NCBI GenBank assembly: GCA_013265495.1
Contig: MU062062.1
Span: forward strand, 963,651-1,027,650
Reading direction: 5' to 3'
Origin: Vicugna vicugna
Lineage: Eukaryota
Length of the DNA: 64,000 nucleotides
The position numbers were made by a program, and so were the translations under genes. A model generated the notes under the pieces. That model made no database searches. It was given only the letters and a program-made list of their open reading frames with translations, and was not told the origin of the DNA. Positions 1-12,495 of this stretch are shown here, one piece after another; positions within the stretch are counted from its first letter, which is position 1, and each line of letters opens with the position of its first letter.

Positions 1-35
1 TAGCCAATTCAAAAGATAGAATTTACTTTCACCAG

Positions 36-150
36 GTGGTAAGGTTCTTGGGGACAAAATTATGTCTGTGCTTTCATTAGTGTCCTGGCTGCATTTACCA
101 GCGTCTGACCCCGAGTGTGTGGTGACTCTTTGTTAAAGGAATGAATGAGC
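36..150 (+). mobile_element. L2 (LINE-2) 3' end fragment
   Basis: gtaaggttcttggggacaaaattatgtctgtgctttcat...ttgttaaaggaatgaatgag resembles the L2 3' terminus ending in the (TGAA)n tail; boundaries approximate. Confidence 0.55.
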
Positions 151-1029
151 GAATTTAGAGCCAAGTAAGTGGACTGGATCTTCATGTTAGCAGCACAGAT
201 CATGACTGTCTCTTCTCACCAGAATGAAGTCATTTGTCCTCTCAGAAGTCAGAAAATGCACCTACCCCCTCATAAAAGGGGAGCCTGACACCACCTATAA
301 TTTGCAAGGTTTATGACAGGCTGTCTGTACAAACGTGAGATCACGTGGCCTCAGGAAGTACTGGCCCCCTGGTCACAGATTTACGTCTGGCTGCCTTGGA
401 AAAGGCAGTGTAATGTAAAGAAACGGGCACTTCTGGAAACCCAGTGACTCATGTTGGCCACTAATTTGATCATGTGAAGTCTTATTCCGTCTTTCAGCTT
501 TACAGGCCAGCGTCTTCATGCACAAAATTCTGTAGGAACTAGGTCAGCATACTCAGCAAGTCAGTGATCCTTTCTTAGTAGAAATTCTAAACCATATGGC
601 AGAAAGGATAAGTCCAGTTTTGTTTTGGTTTTTTAAATACAGCAAACAAGGAGATGCCTGTGGTCCTGTGTTGGTTTTTCTGGAAGATGCCTTTTTCTGT
701 ATTGCCTTTCTGCATCCCATCCCTGTTTCTCTTTTTACTGTCTCGGTATCTTGCACGTGCTTCTGTGAGTTGCACTTGTCCCATGATTCTGGGCTCCAGT
801 CCTACGATTACCCTCTTCTTTCTAGACTTGGGGGGGGTGTGACACCCTTGTCTCGTTACCCACACCAGCCACAGCATCTGCTGTAACACAGGCGCTCAGT
901 ACAGCTTCACTGACGAGGTGGGTGGATGAAGACACACGGGAATGAGCAGCGGGCTGTCACAGGGAAAACAGAACAAGAGAAGCTCCCCGTGACCTCAGCC
1001 TTTTGAAACATGGAGACGTTTTATTCTAT

Positions 1030-1640
1030 TTTATATTTTTTAATTGTAGCAAAATACTCATCACAAAATTTACCACCTTACCCATTTTTAAGCGTACACT
1101 CAGTGGCATTAGGTCCATTCACGTGGTTGTGCGACCATCACCGCTGTCCCTCTCCAGAACTCCTTGATCTTCCCCAGCTGCAACTCTCTCCCCACTAAAC
1201 TCTGATCCCCATCCTCCCAGCCCCAGGCCCCCGGCAGCCACAGGACCCTGGCTTTGCTGCCACCTTTGACAATTGTAAATAGTGCTGCTTTGAAGATGGG
1301 TGTTCAAGTATCTGTTCAAAACCCTGCCTTCAGTTCTTTTGGTTAAACACCCAAAAGTGGAATTGCTGAATCATGTGATAATTGTATGTTTAATTTTTTG
1401 AGGAACCTGCATGCTGTTTTCCATAGTGACTGCACGAGTTTAGATTCCCAACAGCAGTGCCCAGGGTTCTAATTTCTTCACATCCTCACCAATGCTTTTG
1501 TGTTCTGGGTTTTTGGGTAGCATCCTGTGAGTGTGGGGTGTCCCCTGAGGTTTGGATGTGTATTTTCCTGATGATCAGGGATGTCAAGCATCTTCGCTTG
1601 TGCCCATTGGGCATTTGTAGTGCTTAATTTTTTGATGAGG
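1030..1640 (-). mobile_element. L1M (L1MB-like) 3' end, antisense, internally deleted
   Basis: T-rich tail then aattgtagcaaaatac...cagtggcattaggtccattcacgtggttgtgcgaccatcacc...ctccagaac (L1MB 3'UTR antisense), joined to aaaagtggaattgctgaatcatgtg...tttgaggaacctgcatgctgttttccatagtg...catcctcaccaa (ORF2 C-terminal region antisense). Confidence 0.9.
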
Positions 1641-1811
1641 TGTTTATGGTAGTCAGCCCCATGGACGGGTGTTTGAACTTCTTGATCAAACAACTCAGTT
1701 GCTGTATTACTGCCCTGAATGGTTGGTTACGTGTGACGACCTGTCAGCCTGGAGCTTGGCATCTGTCCTCATTTGATTCTCACCCCATCTGGAAGTGGCA
1801 CATGCTGGTGT

Positions 1812-1905
1812 CCCCATTATGTAGTTGAGGGTGACACAGCTAAGTGACTTCTCCAAGGCAGCACGACTAGTTCTCCTAGCCCAGCTGGAACTCGGGCTCT
1901 GGGCA
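1812..1905 (-). mobile_element. MIR SINE fragment
   Basis: ccccattatgtagttgagg...taagtgacttctccaaggcagcacgactagt matches the antisense MIR core (ccccattttacagatgagg...aagtgacttgcccaaggtcacacagctagt). Confidence 0.7.
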
Positions 1906-2071
1906 TCGAACATCAAGATGGTTTACTTGAGTGAACGGATGTGTTTGCTGTGTTGACAGACCTCGCGGGCACTGACCGCTGTCCACCGGGAGAAGGCAGC
2001 GCCCCAGCCCCACGACTCTCTGTCCCCAAGAAGCCATCCCAAGTAGGAGAGACCCCTGACAAAGACACGCT

Positions 2072-2153
2072 TGTCTCAGGAAGCCCTCCCGCCCCGCGCG
2101 TGTCTCGGGAAGCCCCTCTGCCCAGCGCGTGTCACAGGAAGCCCTTTTGTCCC
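2072..2153. repeat. 29-bp tandem repeat, ~2.8 copies
   Basis: tgtctcaggaagccctcccgccccgcgcg / tgtctcgggaagcccctctgcccagcgcg / tgtcacaggaagcccttttgtccc starting at 2072, 2101 and 2130. Confidence 0.9.
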
Positions 2154-5100
2154 ATGGCCCATCCTAACCCTAACTGGTACCCGGGCACGTCACTTTCTGT
2201 GTAAAGAAGTCCTTGATGTTTTAATACAGATGATCCTTCAGCCTGATTAATGCTAGTAACTGAAAAGCTGTTGTGCATAAAGGAAAAAATAAATAGAAGG
2301 CCCTAGCTAAGCGCTTTTTAAATTAGCCTTCGGGCAAGTTCATTAACCAGGCTGGAACTGTTTTGTGTAATTTATGCATTATACACCTGCACGCGCAGTG
2401 CCCGATAAAATAGATGGTGGGCTCCATGAAAACTGGCGGCGCCGCCTCCCCTGCTGGGCTCGGGGCTCCGTCAGCGTCTGGTGGATCTAGCCTGGTAGCC
2501 ATGCGCCTGGGCCACCTTCCATCAGGAAACACATGTGGGTCTGGAAAAAGGCTGAAGTGCCCTTTTAAGCAGAAAATGACTGAATCAGGATCATTAGCAG
2601 CTCGGAGTAACCCCGTTTTCAGCCTTCCCCTCGGCCCGCTCGCCACCTGAGAACTGCGTCTCTGGTTTCAAACCAGTTTCCTCAACGCCTTCCTTCTCCC
2701 TGGTCTAGGAACCTCACTGTCGTTCCTCTAGGCCAGAGAGAGTTCACATTTGTTTTATTGGAGGACAGTTGATTTACGATAGAGTGTGAGTTTCAAGTGC
2801 ACCCCAGAGTGGTTCGGTTATGTGTACATGCAAACGAAGGACATGTCTGAAAAGGAACCTTCAAGCAGTTTCCGGAGGGTTCTGTCACACGAGGTTTCTC
2901 CCAGCAGCTCTTAGTGCTGAGATCGCTGGATCTGTGAAGGGGGTCTCTCCCTGATTTTTTCTTTAATTGCACTGGATTAGTTCTGTTTAGCCCGTTGCTT
3001 TGGGGGTGTCTTACTGACAGTACGCAAACTTCCGAGACAGGGCTGGGTGCACCCCCTTCCTCCAGGACGCAGCCTCGACTACTCCACGTGGAGCCGGTCA
3101 GCCTCACCCCTGGAGGAGGTGCCGCCCTGGGACGTCCACACGGAAGACCCCCACCTGTCCTGAGGGCATCCGCCCTTCCCCTGGGCGCATCCTCTCGGAA
3201 CACAGGACAGGAGCTCGCGGGGCAGGGCCGGGTCCCCCCACTGTAGCTCCTGACGGTCCCCCAGAGAACGGCGGGGAGCGAGGAGTCGATGGGGAAGATG
3301 GCACCCCGGGACCCTGAGGCGCTGAAGGCAGCCTGGCAACCCGGAGCTCAAGAGGGGAGGGGGCTGTCAAAAGGTGTCAGGCGGACTGCAAGGTAAAATG
3401 AGCTCAGTGTGCAGGAGCGTCTAGTGAGATGCCGGCGTTTCCCAAATCACCCAGATGAGCGCGTGGGGAACACGGAGATGCTCAGGCACCGCCCGTGTGA
3501 GCCGGCGGAGTCACAGCCTCCCCAGCGGGGCCTGGTCCCACGGGGGCCGCGAGCGGGCAGATGGACGCCAGAGCTCTGCATGCGAAGCCAGGAAACAAAG
3601 AATGTTTTTATATCGATTACAGGTTAAGGTGATAAGACTTGGGGTTAAATACATTGTTAGAGGCCATTTTGCCCACGCCTCCTTTTTGCCTTTTCTCTAT
3701 GTGACTGCAAGGAAATCCTGCCTGGTGCTGGTGACTCACCTTCCGTCTCCCCAGGATGGCATCCTGGCCCTGCTGCGCTGCCTCGCGTGTCACTGACGGA
3801 AGCCCGAGCGCTCGCGTTTCCCAAGTCTCCTCAACCTCTAAACTCCATTTGGTAGAACGTTTATGAGTCTTCCTTGAAACACCAGTTCTCCACAGTGAGC
3901 ACTTTCAGAAACCATTCAGCACCAGTGTCCTCTCTGGCCTGGCCTCCCTTAGACTCACCACCTGTCACACTGCGTCTCCCGACAAATCCACGACGGTTCT
4001 GGACGCACTGACAGGCTTGTTAGCCGAGAGGGTTAAGCTGCAACCCGTGAGGCCGGCTCGGCTGGCCACGTGCTTTGTAAACACCTGGTTAACTAGTCTT
4101 ATGCTCTGTTAAACAGTTCACATTCTTTAAATATTAAGTCATGAATACCCACATTTAAATAATCAGAAAAAACATATCCAATTCACTAAAACCATAAATC
4201 TATTCTATAAAATTATCATTCTATCATCTTAAAACACAGAAAAAAATGTGCAAAAGCTCAAGTGAACTCCAGGACTCGTTATTGAAACCATAGTTCCAAT
4301 GGTGTCACAAGTACTAACCTACGTTAGGCTCTGGTCGGGGTTGCATTTGTACAGACGTTGGGCGGAGCTGGGGGTACGTCCGGGAAGAGGGTGAGCACAA
4401 ACACGAGACAGCCGAAGCCACGCTGGGACGCCCGGCCCACGGGTCAGGGAGCAGGGCTGGGAGACCGGGCGCAGTCACGGCTCGCCCGACAGCGCACCCC
4501 GCAGCCGACACTGCGCAGACCGCAGCAGAAAGATACAGAGAACAGTGACGCGGTAGTTCCCTTGGGAGATTAGCACAGACAGTTTGCACTGTAAAATGTG
4601 TAAGAAGAATTCTGTTTGCGATTTGCAGCAGAAAATGCTCAGAACATGTATAGGAACAGCAGCTGACAAACTGTATCAGCGAGTTATGTGTGAGTGACTG
4701 GCATATGTGGGCTACAGTTCTTTTCAAATGAACGTGGCTTTCAGCCTAAAAGTTAAAAACCCATTGGCACAAAAGGCTGGGTTTTCCTGAGCCTGAAGTA
4801 TTCGGAAAGCACTTGAAGGAATCTCCCTGAGCTTCTGCTACCCTCAGTGATCCCCCTGAGCTGCTCTTGAGTCAGCTATGTTGAGAATGACGCATCCTGT
4901 ATACACACTTGTCTCCTTTCAAGGCACCAGCCCTTTTCATGACGCCGGCGCAGCCGTCACAAGGGAACCATGATCTGTCTCTTGAGCTCACTCTGGGGCA
5001 TTGTCAGGTCCCGGCAGAGGCCGGTATGCCCGTGGACTGGCCAGGATTGCATTTGCTCCGGGTCAGCTTCTATCCAACCCCATCACCTCTGCAAAGGTCC

Positions 5101-8100
5101 TCACTGGCCACGGAGACGGAGGAACTGGGCTCAGAGGCCAGGCAGCCGGTGCAGATCCGGCACCTTCTCTTACTTGCCATGAGATCCTCCCCGAGTTGCC
5201 CACCTGTTTGTACCTCCCTTTTGTCCCTGAAAAGCCTGATGACAGCAGCCCCTTGTGAGAGTCCACAGCCTGGATGAGCTGGTGACACAGGACACTTACG
5301 AGGCATCTGGCACAAGGCCCAGACCGGATAAACCTCAGGAATTGTGCCGACTTCCCGGGATAATAGAATGGCAGGAGGGCCTCGAGTAGGGGCGCCGGGT
5401 AAACACAGCACCCAGCTGCTCTCGGATCTCAGGTGGACAAGTAGGACGTCTTAGCGTGAGCAGGTCCATGCGTTGTTCAATTTCATTTGTTAACCCCGCC
5501 ACCCTCATCCAGAGCTTCTCAAACTCACCTCCCAGGGGCCAGGCTGGTGGTACCCAACAGCCACACACTCGTCCCCAGTAAGCACTACTGTGCCTGCCAG
5601 CGCAGCCTGTGACACGACAGGGCTCAGCGCAAAGTGAAGATGGGGCGTCCTTCATTGGAAAGGCGTTGGGGGTCTCCCGACAGCGAGGGTGGAGCCTTGC
5701 ACCAGGCCTGGCTGGGGGGCCGCCCAGGTCGCTGAGGGCGAGAAGCCCTGGCCCGTTTTCCCCGAGGGCCCCTGTGTCCTGTGCAGGGCGGTTACTCCAC
5801 CTCAGCTCCGTGTCTTCACTGACGGGACTCCCTGCGATGCATCTGCCTCGCTGGGCCGTGGGACGGGTGAGGACAGTGACGCCAGCTCTCGGCGACTGGG
5901 CTCAGACGAGCCCGTTTCTGTGCTGTGCTTTCGGGGGCACTGTGCTCCGTCTCCACTCGACGCCCCCGCCCTGTGTGCCTCACGTTGGAGGCAGAAGTCA
6001 CCTGGGCGCCGGGTCCACCGTCAGCAGCCCACGGCCCTTCCCGACAGAGCGGGACTGGCGTCCAGTTCTCTCTGGGCCCAGCCCTGCTCCCACCGCCTGC
6101 CGTGCGACCGGGAAAACTGCTTAACACGTCTCCTGCGAGCCTCGATTCCTTGCCCTGCCACCTTTTTTAAATACAGGGATTGACCCTGGAAACATTTTTG
6201 TAAATGAGCAAGTAAAGACTGGCACCGTGGCCCTTGGAAATCGAGGGTGCTGATGCAGGCAGCAGTGTCTGCAGGGGGAGGAGATGGAGGCAAGAGCCCA
6301 GCGGTCTCCCGAGCCCGGTTTCCTAGAGTTTGGTCCACGTAGCTCGGGGTCGTTTGTGCAGTTCCAGAAGCCGCCCGCCTTCACGCTGAGCGGCCCCCTG
6401 TTCCTCCTTCCACTGCCCTTGGTAGAAAACGAGGAGCTTTGTCACGTCTGCAGTGCCTTTCATTTTCTAGGCTGGATTGATTCCAGATAAGCGTTCCTTC
6501 TAATTGTTCAGTCGTATTTGCTGCCTTTGCTTATCAGAAAGTCATGGTGCATTTAAAATTCTTTTTTTTTTTCCTGGAGCAAATCATTGGTCCTTCTCTC
6601 CACCCACTCCTGCGTTCTAGCCATTTGTGAGCTTGAATTCCTGGGCTGGGGGCGGACCCGACTGCTCAGGGCAGTTACACTGGAGGTGAACCTGGAGCCT
6701 GGCTGGGCTTCCCAAAGCGCTCGTCTGCCAAGAGGTGTTACAGCCTTGTCAACAGCTTGCAGCAAAGAGCTCCCTGTTCATACGGCCACGTAAAGTAAGA
6801 TAGGACTAATCTGGCTTTTTAAGTGGCCTTTTAGAGAAGAAAAAAATCATTAACCCTAATCAGGTTTCTTTAAGGTGCCTCTTCAACCTGCTGGTTTACT
6901 TGTAACGTGTCGTTTGTACCGGAATAGCGTTTCCACGACACACTTCTGTGTGCAGATTTGCAATTTCAGTGACTGGGCCCAGGTCTGGCGAGGGCCTACG
7001 TCTGTCCTTCATCCAGAGAGCAAGTCATTGTCCACCTCCTTCCTGACGTCACTAACCCGCCTTGTGATGCCTCGTCCTTAACCACGTCTCTGCCCGCCGC
7101 AGCCCGCCCGGAGACTGCGGGCCAAGCGCGGTGCGCCGACTCCGTGATAGGATCGCGGGTTTGATACAGACGCTCTCACTGAGACTGACAGGGGCAGAGT
7201 GTGCTTGTCCCCCGTGGACCCAAGTGAGGGTTTCTGTCTTTTATTTTTATCTCTAAGACTGTCAGCTAATAATGGCGTTGTTCCAGTTTAGGGACAACCT
7301 GGAACTCTGAGTCACTGCAGAGAAGGCAGGAACATGCAGGTGCCGTGGCTGCATTTCATTCACTTTCCAGATTTCTGCGGCAGCGTCTCTGCGTTTGTGC
7401 AGCGGCCTGATAACGAGAGCTCTGCGAGGCTCGGAGTCAGGGGAGAAACGACGCCACCGGGGCGCCTCACCTGCCGTGCTCCCAGTGACCGGGGTTGCCC
7501 TCCAGGCCAGGGGTGAGCAGAGGCTGAAAGGGGGGACAGGCCAGGCCGGGAGGGTGGTGCCGCGGGGCGCCGCGTCCGTCCAGAAGGGGACAGCGCTGTT
7601 GATTCCTGCCGCCGGTGTACAGGCCCCACGTGGGAGGGGGGGCCGGGAGGTGGGCGCGGGCCCGCGACAGACCTGGCCTGGCTCCCCGACGTGCTCGCTG
7701 TTTATGCCCTCAGGGCTCAGGCTCCTACTTAGAAACTAGGGGTGACTATAGACCTTCCTAGGGCTCACGTGAAATGGGAGATTTGAGGGAGAGCACCTTG
7801 TCCAGTTAAGAAAAAGGAAGGAAAAAAAGACCCAGAAGAGCCCTGCTGGTCCGTTAGCGGGAGGCCGGCGTGGGCGCCGCAGAGGACGCGACCTGAGCCA
7901 AGCTGCTTCAGCACGGACGCGGGCTCTCGGGATACCGCCGCGTCTCAGTGACCGCGGGCGTGTTTGCAGCTCGTGATTCTCCACAGCGGCCTTTATCGTG
8001 CCGTCAGCCCAGAAGGGGGAATGATTATGATTTAGAGCATAAGTTTTTCAGACTGATCCCAGAATCACAGGCTTGGAGGGGCCTCGGAAGGCTGTCTGGT

Positions 8101-9444
8101 TCCCTCTCTGGCTCCCAGGCTGGATCGCACTGGGAACGTCCAGGACAGACTGATCGCGTCCTGATCCATCATGATAATTGTCCGTCATAACAGTCACCAC
8201 CAAGAGACGCTACGGCTCCCTTAGTCCCACTCAGACTCCTTACTCTGCCCTCACCTGTAAAAACTTAAGATATTCCTTGTGTTTTAACCATAATCATAGC
8301 CTTGGGAATTCTTCGCCAAAATCTTGTGACGGTCTTTTCTGCTACGTTTTAGCTCAACGTCCTCTTACTTTGTGCTCAGACCCGTGGGGCGTGTTTGTTC
8401 ACTGCTCCTTGCCCGTGATTTTATGTGTCTGCAGCTATGAGGAAGTCTCCCAGGGTTCGCATACCATGTGTTTTTATGACAAAGAAAAATATTCACAAAA
8501 TGTGGTTAAGTGAAAAACTAAGCTCACATTCCGGGGGAGAACCGGCGATAAAGGGGAAGACAAGGTAGTTAAATAGCCAGATCCCAGCACATGGGGGAGG
8601 ACGACCCGTGCAGACGTTCACCATTGCCGTCGCGGTCCCTGCTGTCAGAGCGCAGGGCCATCTGCTACGTTGCTTCCCCCCGTGTTTTGAAAGCTCTGAA
8701 TGTACTTGGGAATTACAGCATTAATGCTGTAATAAGTAGACTATTAAAATACAAATGAATGAAGAGAGTGATTGAAGTCAGAGACCGAGGAAGCATCCTG
8801 AGACTGAGTGGAGGCAGGCGGGCAGGTTCCAAATCAGTGGGACTGCGCCCACTGCACTGTTCTGTCTGGACCGGGTGGTCACAGGCTGTGGGAGGAGGAA
8901 GGGAGGCGCAGCTCATCCTCTGTCTCCAAATGAGTGACTCTCTCCATTTCCAGACTCTCTGTTGGGACCAGAATGACCGCCTAAATGGCCAAATAGCCCA
9001 GTGTGTGTTAACATCCAAAGGTCTAGTTTTAGCCAACAGGACTATATTCAGCAATCAGCAGGGCTGTGGTTAAGGTTTGGCTTGAAGAGGGGGAGATGGA
9101 TAACGACGGCTATACCCACTTTGTAGCATTTGTCCCCTGTCCATGGCCAATTTCCAGAGTCAGTTATGGTGCAAACCGGAGAGCAGTGTGCACCACTGGG
9201 CTTCGTGAGCTGGTGTGAGCTGGTCCCAGCACCCTACTGGACACAACTCCAAGGCTGCTGCTGAGGATTTCCTGAATTTCAAGCTGTCTGTAAAAGCAGA
9301 GGGGCTGTGTGTAATCAAAACTTGTGTTACAAGTCAAAGAAGACCTAAGTGGAAAGCCACGCTGCATTCAAGGACTGGAGCGTCCCACCCAGCAGAGGTG
9401 CCATTTGGCCCCGGCACAGTCCCTGCCCACTGTAATGCAGGCTG

Positions 9445-9575
9445 TGCAGATATAGGCACGTTTATTCTAAAACTGATACGGAAAGTAAAAGAACCTCAAA
9501 AAGTCCGCACAATTTTGGAAAAGAAGAATAAAGTGAGAGTACGTGCTTACAACAGCAGCCTAACTTACTCCCCAA
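9445..9575 (+). mobile_element. L1 ORF2 fragment (old L1M)
   Basis: Translates ADIGTFILKLIRKVKEPQKVRTILEKKNKV, similar to L1 ORF2p (IDKLILKFIWK.K.PRIAKTILKKKNKVGG). Confidence 0.8.
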
Positions 9576-12216
9576 ACCTCCCACGCCTCCGGTGTGCCCT
9601 CTTCTAGGTCAGAAGCCAGGCGGAGGCACTACCCTGGGCAGCTCTGAGCGGGGACGGTGGGGGCGCCAGGACAGAGCAGAGGACGAGGCTCGGCAGGACA
9701 GCAGAGCTTAGCGCGTGGGCAGGGTCCCCAGGGCTCCCCGAGATTGCACTGGGGCCCAAGAGCAGGAGGGGAGCGGCAGCAGAGGGAGGGAGGAGGACCG
9801 ATCCCTCCCGCGCCGTCCTCCGCTCTGTTCCTCCGAGGGCCCCAGGGTCTCAGCTGTCACTCCGGAACAGCCGTCCCCTCCCTCTGCTCTGCAGACTTCG
9901 GCCCCTGGCAGCACCCCGCCAGCGTGCAGGCAGCCACGGCCGCAGGATCAGATGAATAAATAACCTGACTCAGAAATGTGGCACACTTGGCACAGGGCAA
10001 ATGGCGCGTGTTTCCCTGAGTGTGAAAATACTGTCAGGGATAACATATTTTTGCAGTGGAGACAAGCTGCAGAAATGGCACACAAATGCCACCCCAGCAC
10101 TTCCCGTGAAGTGCGTTCTGAAAACCAGCTCTCGCTTCCTGCCGTGTCTGCGCGTGGCTCTTACAAAAGTGTCAGTGTTTATATGCCTACTGAAGTCATC
10201 GGGAAGTAACCGGGGCAGTGGCCCCGGCACAGTTACTCTGCAAGGAGAAACGGAGAGCTGGAGCAGGGATGAAGTCTCTGTCTCAGAGGAGGATTTCCTC
10301 TACTTTTGGAAGAACAGGGGACACAGGAGGAATGTCTTAGATCTAAATTGTTCTCTTCCAAGCTGGTTTTCTGGACACGTGTCAGCAGCCCTGCAGTGGG
10401 TGACAACACAGGTTGTCTCCTGTCTACGGGAGCCGTACCCCCCGCTCAGGCAGGGCCTCCGGGTAGCACCTCCCAGCACAACGTGCAAGGGGTAATTACC
10501 GTCTGTGTGCGTCCGTCCTTGGAAAGTGCTTGGCGCCAAGCGTGGCGCACCACCAGCCAGCCATATGGCGCTGCCTCTCCCACGGCGGAGTTTTTATTCA
10601 GAAGTTACCGTGCAGGCCTTGATTTTTGGCTGCCTGCTTCCCAAAATCTGCCTTGTGAGGCCTCCTTGCTGTGGTGCAGGGAAAATGGTTCATAATTGAA
10701 CCAAAGAGATTCTTTTAATGAACTCGCCCCAGGGGATACCAGGGCCTTTTTATGAGCAGGTTTAATGAATCACAATGAAGTTCATCACAGGAGACACGTG
10801 GATCCCTGCAGAGAAGACAGGAAGTGGACTAGCTCACCCTCGGGTGGGCAGGGGCCCAGGGGATCATCCGGAGCACAGGGCACAGAATGAAAAGAGTGAG
10901 TGTCCTGAGTGGAGGGCTGTGTAAATACAGCACACACGACCCCTAAAGGCGCGTTCAACAGAAATGCGGTTCTGTGTACAGATGACCTCCGGCACTTCTC
11001 TATCAGCGCTCTTACAGCTCGTTTTCAGACTTTGGTTCTTAAACAAACAGTTCCTTCCCCTGAGGACTATTCAGATGTCCACTCGTGCTGTGGTCTTTTC
11101 CGGCCCCCAGCCCCGAGCCCCCAGCACTGCAGGAGCCATCCGAGGGCACTGCCTCTGCCACCAGACAGACCCGGACGCCCTGAGATCGGGGACGCAGAAG
11201 GCGTGGCCTCCCCGCGAGGGTCTCGAACCAGGAGAAGGCCAGTGAGCAAGCCATCACATAGCACGTTCTCATAGGCTGGAGTGAGCGCGGAGACGCTGTA
11301 CCACCTGGTGGAGACAGACCGGGGCTCATGGAACTTACACTTGGTGCGAGACGTCGGGTGACGCCTGCCCGCCACGACACTCTGATGTTCCTCCGCCCTG
11401 CGTGGCGCCCCAGAAACTCAGCCGCGTGGCCTGCAGGAATGGGCCCCCAGCTCTGGCTCTGGGGAGCCCTAGGGGGGACGGCAGGGGGGTCTCAGAGCAG
11501 AAGGAGGAGGGAGGAGGGTGCTCATGCCCCTGCCCCCACCCCGTGTTGGCCCCTAAGCTCCTGCCCCGCTGGGACCTCATCCTCTCCACACCTTGGTCTG
11601 GGGCCCCTCTGATAGACCTCTTAGCTATGCGGCTCTAGGCGCCCCGTTTCTGAACTGGAGGAGAGCAAGCAGAGCAGGGAGTGGTGTGCAGGTGGTGGGG
11701 GGAGCCCGCTCTCTGATGGCTTTGTGAGGAAAATCAATAAACATCCTTCTTATTTGTCCAATGGTTTGTGATAATCAGTACAGCTGGATAGGAGCAAAAT
11801 ACCAATCAATGAATCAACCTCTAATAACCATTTAAATGGAAGAAAGACAATAGCAAATAGAATAATTTCATGAAAAATAAGTATTTTTATTTAAATATTG
11901 CACAAAGTTCAGAAAAGAATTAGATTGCCTCAGTGGAATTCATTTTCTCTATGCAAATTTGTCAATCTTGCCAAAAATTTAATTGAATTATGTTTTTACA
12001 TAGATGGAATGTGTATGAACACAGGAAATCTGAGAGTTTATATACACATATATACAGAGATTACAATATTTTTTTCTTCAAACACTAATTTTGGCTTTTG
12101 TGTACATACACACAAGTTGTTTTAGTAAAACGGAATTCAATCACTGAGGGTGATGAGATTAATAGTCCCTTTGCATTTCAAGTGAGAAACCTCTCCCTCC
12201 GGTAATGGCAGGTTAG

Positions 12217-12495
12217 TGCTGTGGGCTGAATGGTGCCCCCCCACCAGCTTTACATGTTGAAACGCTAACCCCCTTGCACTTCAGAGTGCGACTGCATTGG
12301 AAGGTAGGGTCTTTAAAGAGAAGATTAAGTTAAATTGAGGCCACTAGGTCCTAATCCAATATGGTGTCTATAAGCACAGGAAGTTTGGACACAGACCCCA
12401 GGAATACGTACACACAAAGGGGAGACCATTCGGACACTCAGTGAGAAGGTGGCCATGTGCACGGCGAGCAGCGAGGCCTCAGGAGAGACAGCAGT
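12217..12495 (+). mobile_element. MaLR LTR, MLT1B-like, 3'-truncated
   Basis: tgctgtgggctgaatggtgcccccc...tagggtctttaaagagaagattaagttaaattgaggcc...cctaatccaatatggtgtc...ggaagtttggacacagac...gaggcctcagga follows the MLT1B consensus. Confidence 0.88.

Noticed and set aside
4030-4085. Possible hAT/MER58-like terminal fragment
   Set aside because: The similarity is too short and weak to call by eye
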